DNA of 64,000 nt from a virus: positions 64,001 to 128,000 of IMG/VR virus record IMGVR_UViG_3300026320_000001. One strand, 5' to 3'. This document shows positions 62,355 to 64,000 of the stretch, piece after piece. The notes under the pieces were generated by a model. It had not been told where the DNA came from, did no database searches, and was given only the letters and a program-made list of their open reading frames with translations. The position numbers were made by a program, and so were the translations under genes. The first letter of the stretch is position 1. Every line of letters begins with the position of its first letter.

Positions 62355-62429
62355 TCAGTGTAGCAGGATTTGAACCTGCGAACCTCGCCGCCCCAAACGG
62401 CTTGCTCTACCGAACTGAGCTACACACTG
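62355..62429 (-). tRNA. tRNA-Pro(TGG)
   Basis: CAGTGTG/TACACTG, TAGCTCAG..GGTAGAGC, GCCG-TTTGGGG-CGGC, GCAGG-TTCAAAT-CCTGC. Confidence 0.92.
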
Positions 62430-62452
62430 ATATTTATTTTTTTTCTTACAAG

Positions 62453-62524
62453 TCCAGTTATAGGAACTCGAATCCTAATTTGCAGGGTGAAAACCTGCCG
62501 TCATGACCTTTAGACCATAACCGG
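62453..62524 (-). tRNA. tRNA-Glu(TTC)
   Basis: CCGGTTA/TAACTGG, GCAGG-TTTTCAC-CCTGC, TAGGA-TTCGAGT-TCCTA. Confidence 0.88.
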
Positions 62525-62528
62525 ATAG

Positions 62529-62599
62529 AGCAGGTAAAGGGAATCAAACCCTTATCATCAGTTTGGAAAACTGAGGCACAATCAATATACCATACCCGC
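62529..62599 (-). tRNA. tRNA-Gly(TCC), degenerate
   Basis: GCGGGTA/TACCTGC, TCAGT-TTTCCAA-ACTGA; T-loop is TTTGATT and the D-loop lacks GG. Confidence 0.7.
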
Positions 62600-62636
62600 A
62601 TTTAGGTCTATTTCTAGACCCATTTATATTCTCTAA

Positions 62637-62665
62637 ATTCTACCACATTATGTTATTTTTGTCAA
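62637..62665 (-). promoter_or_regulatory. SigA-type promoter for the four-tRNA cluster
   Basis: TTGACA-17 bp-TAGAAT with extended TG. Confidence 0.82.
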
Positions 62666-62671
62666 GGGATA

Positions 62672-62971
62672 TTATTTATCAAGTTTATCTTGTTGATGAA
62701 ATAATTGTCCCAAATAGTAAACACCAAAAATTGAACTAATAATCATAAATATAGGTGTTGCAATTGTCATAAAAGCATCAGTTGCATATGTCAATATCAA
62801 ATATGCTCCAACACCAATTGCGGCACTTCCCAAGAACGATAAAAATTGTTTTTGGGCTGAATTATATTTTGTTTGAAACCAGTTCCATCTTTCGACTAAA
62901 AAAGATACAACGGCCACACTTCCACCACCGAAAGCAAGAAATTGCAAAAATCCAATTAAAGTTATATTCAT
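62672..62971 (-). CDS. holin-like three-TM protein
   Basis: 99 aa, three hydrophobic helices, charged C-terminus, GGAGG RBS. Confidence 0.55.
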   Translation of the reverse strand: MNITLIGFLQFLAFGGGSVAVVSFLVERWNWFQTKYNSAQKQFLSFLGSAAIGVGAYLILTYATDAFMTIATPIFMIISSIFGVYYLGQLFHQQDKLDK

Positions 62972-62997
62972 TTTTCCTCCTATTTTTTAAAACATTA

Positions 62998-63312
62998 TTA
63001 TGAAACCATTATTGTATAATTTCTCGGTACAAGACCACCAGCATTTCCCGATGTATAAGTCCATGTTATATCAGGATAAATTTTTACATGCTCCCATTTT
63101 TGCCAATCATAAGGATATGTTGGATATGTTGGATATGTTGGATATGTTGGATAAACATATGGTCTATCAACATAAATAGTTTCTTTTTCTGGTTGAATGC
63201 CCAACAGATTAGTCAAAGCTTCTTGTAATTCTATTGCTTGTTCAACCGTCAATTCAGCTTCTTTATTTCCTATCTTTATTGTTATTTTAGATATTTGTAC
63301 ATCTTTATTCAT
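62998..63312 (-). CDS. hypothetical protein with YPT repeats
   Basis: 9-bp repeat GGATATGTT x3-4 at 63113-63152. Confidence 0.65.
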   Translation of the reverse strand: MNKDVQISKITIKIGNKEAELTVEQAIELQEALTNLLGIQPEKETIYVDRPYVYPTYPTYPTYPTYPYDWQKWEHVKIYPDITWTYTSGNAGGLVPRNYTIMVS

Positions 63313-63333
63313 TTTTAAATCTCCTTAATATTA

Positions 63334-63351
63334 ATAAAAAACCAATTTTAT
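63334..63351. repeat. junction inverted repeat
   Basis: ttaATAAAA AACCAA TTTTATcaa, touching the stop of ORF 63351-63629. Confidence 0.85.
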
Positions 63352-63629
63352 CAAGGTTTTATTTCTGTAGTTTGTTCTGAAACTTCTTCTATACTTTCAG
63401 ATTCTTCGTTTTCATCATTAAGCATATGATACATTCTATGGTCGAATTCTGCTTCGGCTGTTTCACTTGTAAGAGCAAGTGTTTCTAAAATAACCATTCC
63501 GGCTTTTGCCATAAGTAAAGGGATATTGTCAGACATGAATCCTTGAGGCCATGATTCTTCGCCAAAATTTGCTTCACACCATGTTTCTAAAGTTTGAGCT
63601 AAATCTGATTCTAATTTTGGATGTAACAT
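63351..63629 (-). CDS. acidic hypothetical protein
   Basis: ORF track, coupled to the upstream gene. Confidence 0.6.
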   Translation of the reverse strand: MLHPKLESDLAQTLETWCEANFGEESWPQGFMSDNIPLLMAKAGMVILETLALTSETAEAEFDHRMYHMLNDENEESESIEEVSEQTTEIKP

Positions 63630-64000
63630 TATTTATTCTCCATTTCTGAAATCGCAATATCATTTGCTTTACTTTTAATTTTTCTTTTTTCTGGACTTCT
63701 CAAAAGGTCACGTAAATTTTGACCCAATTGTACTACTGCACGTTTACCGGCAGGAAAATCTTGGTAAATTGTTTTTCCTTGTAAACGACTTTCTCTTGCA
63801 TTTACACCTTTTCTAGCTGGTAAAATTTGTATATAAAGATGCATTAAGCCTCTAATATCTATATCAATTCCGTTTTCAATTGATTCGGCAAATATGTCTT
63901 CAAATGTTTTCAGAAATATTTTTGCATCATTGACTGTAAAGCTTCCTCGTTCGGCAAGCATTTGTATAAATTGGTCACGGTCAATAAAATTTGTATTTTT
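63629..64000 (-). CDS. HU/IHF-like DNA-binding protein (start lies beyond the window)
   Basis: Frame is open to 64000 (KNTNFIDRDQFIQMLAER...); DIRGLMHL...PARKGVNA...PA...LRD matches the HU arm pattern. Confidence 0.7.
   Translation of the reverse strand, partial: KNTNFIDRDQFIQMLAERGSFTVNDAKIFLKTFEDIFAESIENGIDIDIRGLMHLYIQILPARKGVNARESRLQGKTIYQDFPAGKRAVVQLGQNLRDLLRSPEKRKIKSKANDIAISEMENK

Noticed and set aside
23122-63003. Short + strand ORFs antisense to structural genes, and - strand ORFs within 67-22876
   Set aside because: They overlap well-supported genes, lack an RBS and show shadow-frame composition
1-64000. CRISPR array
   Set aside because: No run of identical 25-45 bp repeats with regular spacers; the N6 repeats are short, dispersed and separated by whole genes; no cas genes
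1-64000. Stop-codon reassignment
   Set aside because: Core genes (DnaE, NrdJ, TMP, TerL, MCP) are full length in the standard code; TAA, TAG and TGA all end genes; no suppressor tRNA

Overview
This is a 64-kb, very AT-rich segment of a large siphovirus-type phage genome whose gene order resembles SPbeta/c-st-like phages; the host is unknown. The + strand arm (1-22953) carries many small accessory genes plus replication, nucleotide-metabolism and proteolysis genes: an Ntn/HslV-like peptidase, dUTPase, DnaE, a deaminase, an FtsH-like protease, SprT, a Tad2/DUF2829-like protein, two adenine MTases, a HAD nucleotidase, DUF5664 and NrdJ. It converges at a bidirectional terminator (~23.0 kb) with the - strand arm: HU-like protein, holin, six tRNAs, exonuclease, terminase, portal, lysin, head, tail, tape measure and baseplate/fibre genes, interspersed with homing-type endonucleases, RusA and an intact tyrosine recombinase. 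Five patterns are not explained by the ORF track. (1) About 15 copies of an inverted repeat, TTRATAAAA-N6-TTTYATHAA, sit at gene junctions and often supply the stop codon; they look like tyrosine-recombinase core sites or a dispersed operator. (2) An ORF-less group I intron splits a probable structural gene. (3) A three-way-junction RNA with a pseudoknot-like pairing occurs upstream of two unrelated endonuclease genes. (4) All six tRNAs end in CTN instead of CCA. (5) Codon choice avoids GATC, GCWGC and CCWGG. All calls are by-eye motif recognition; no searches were run.
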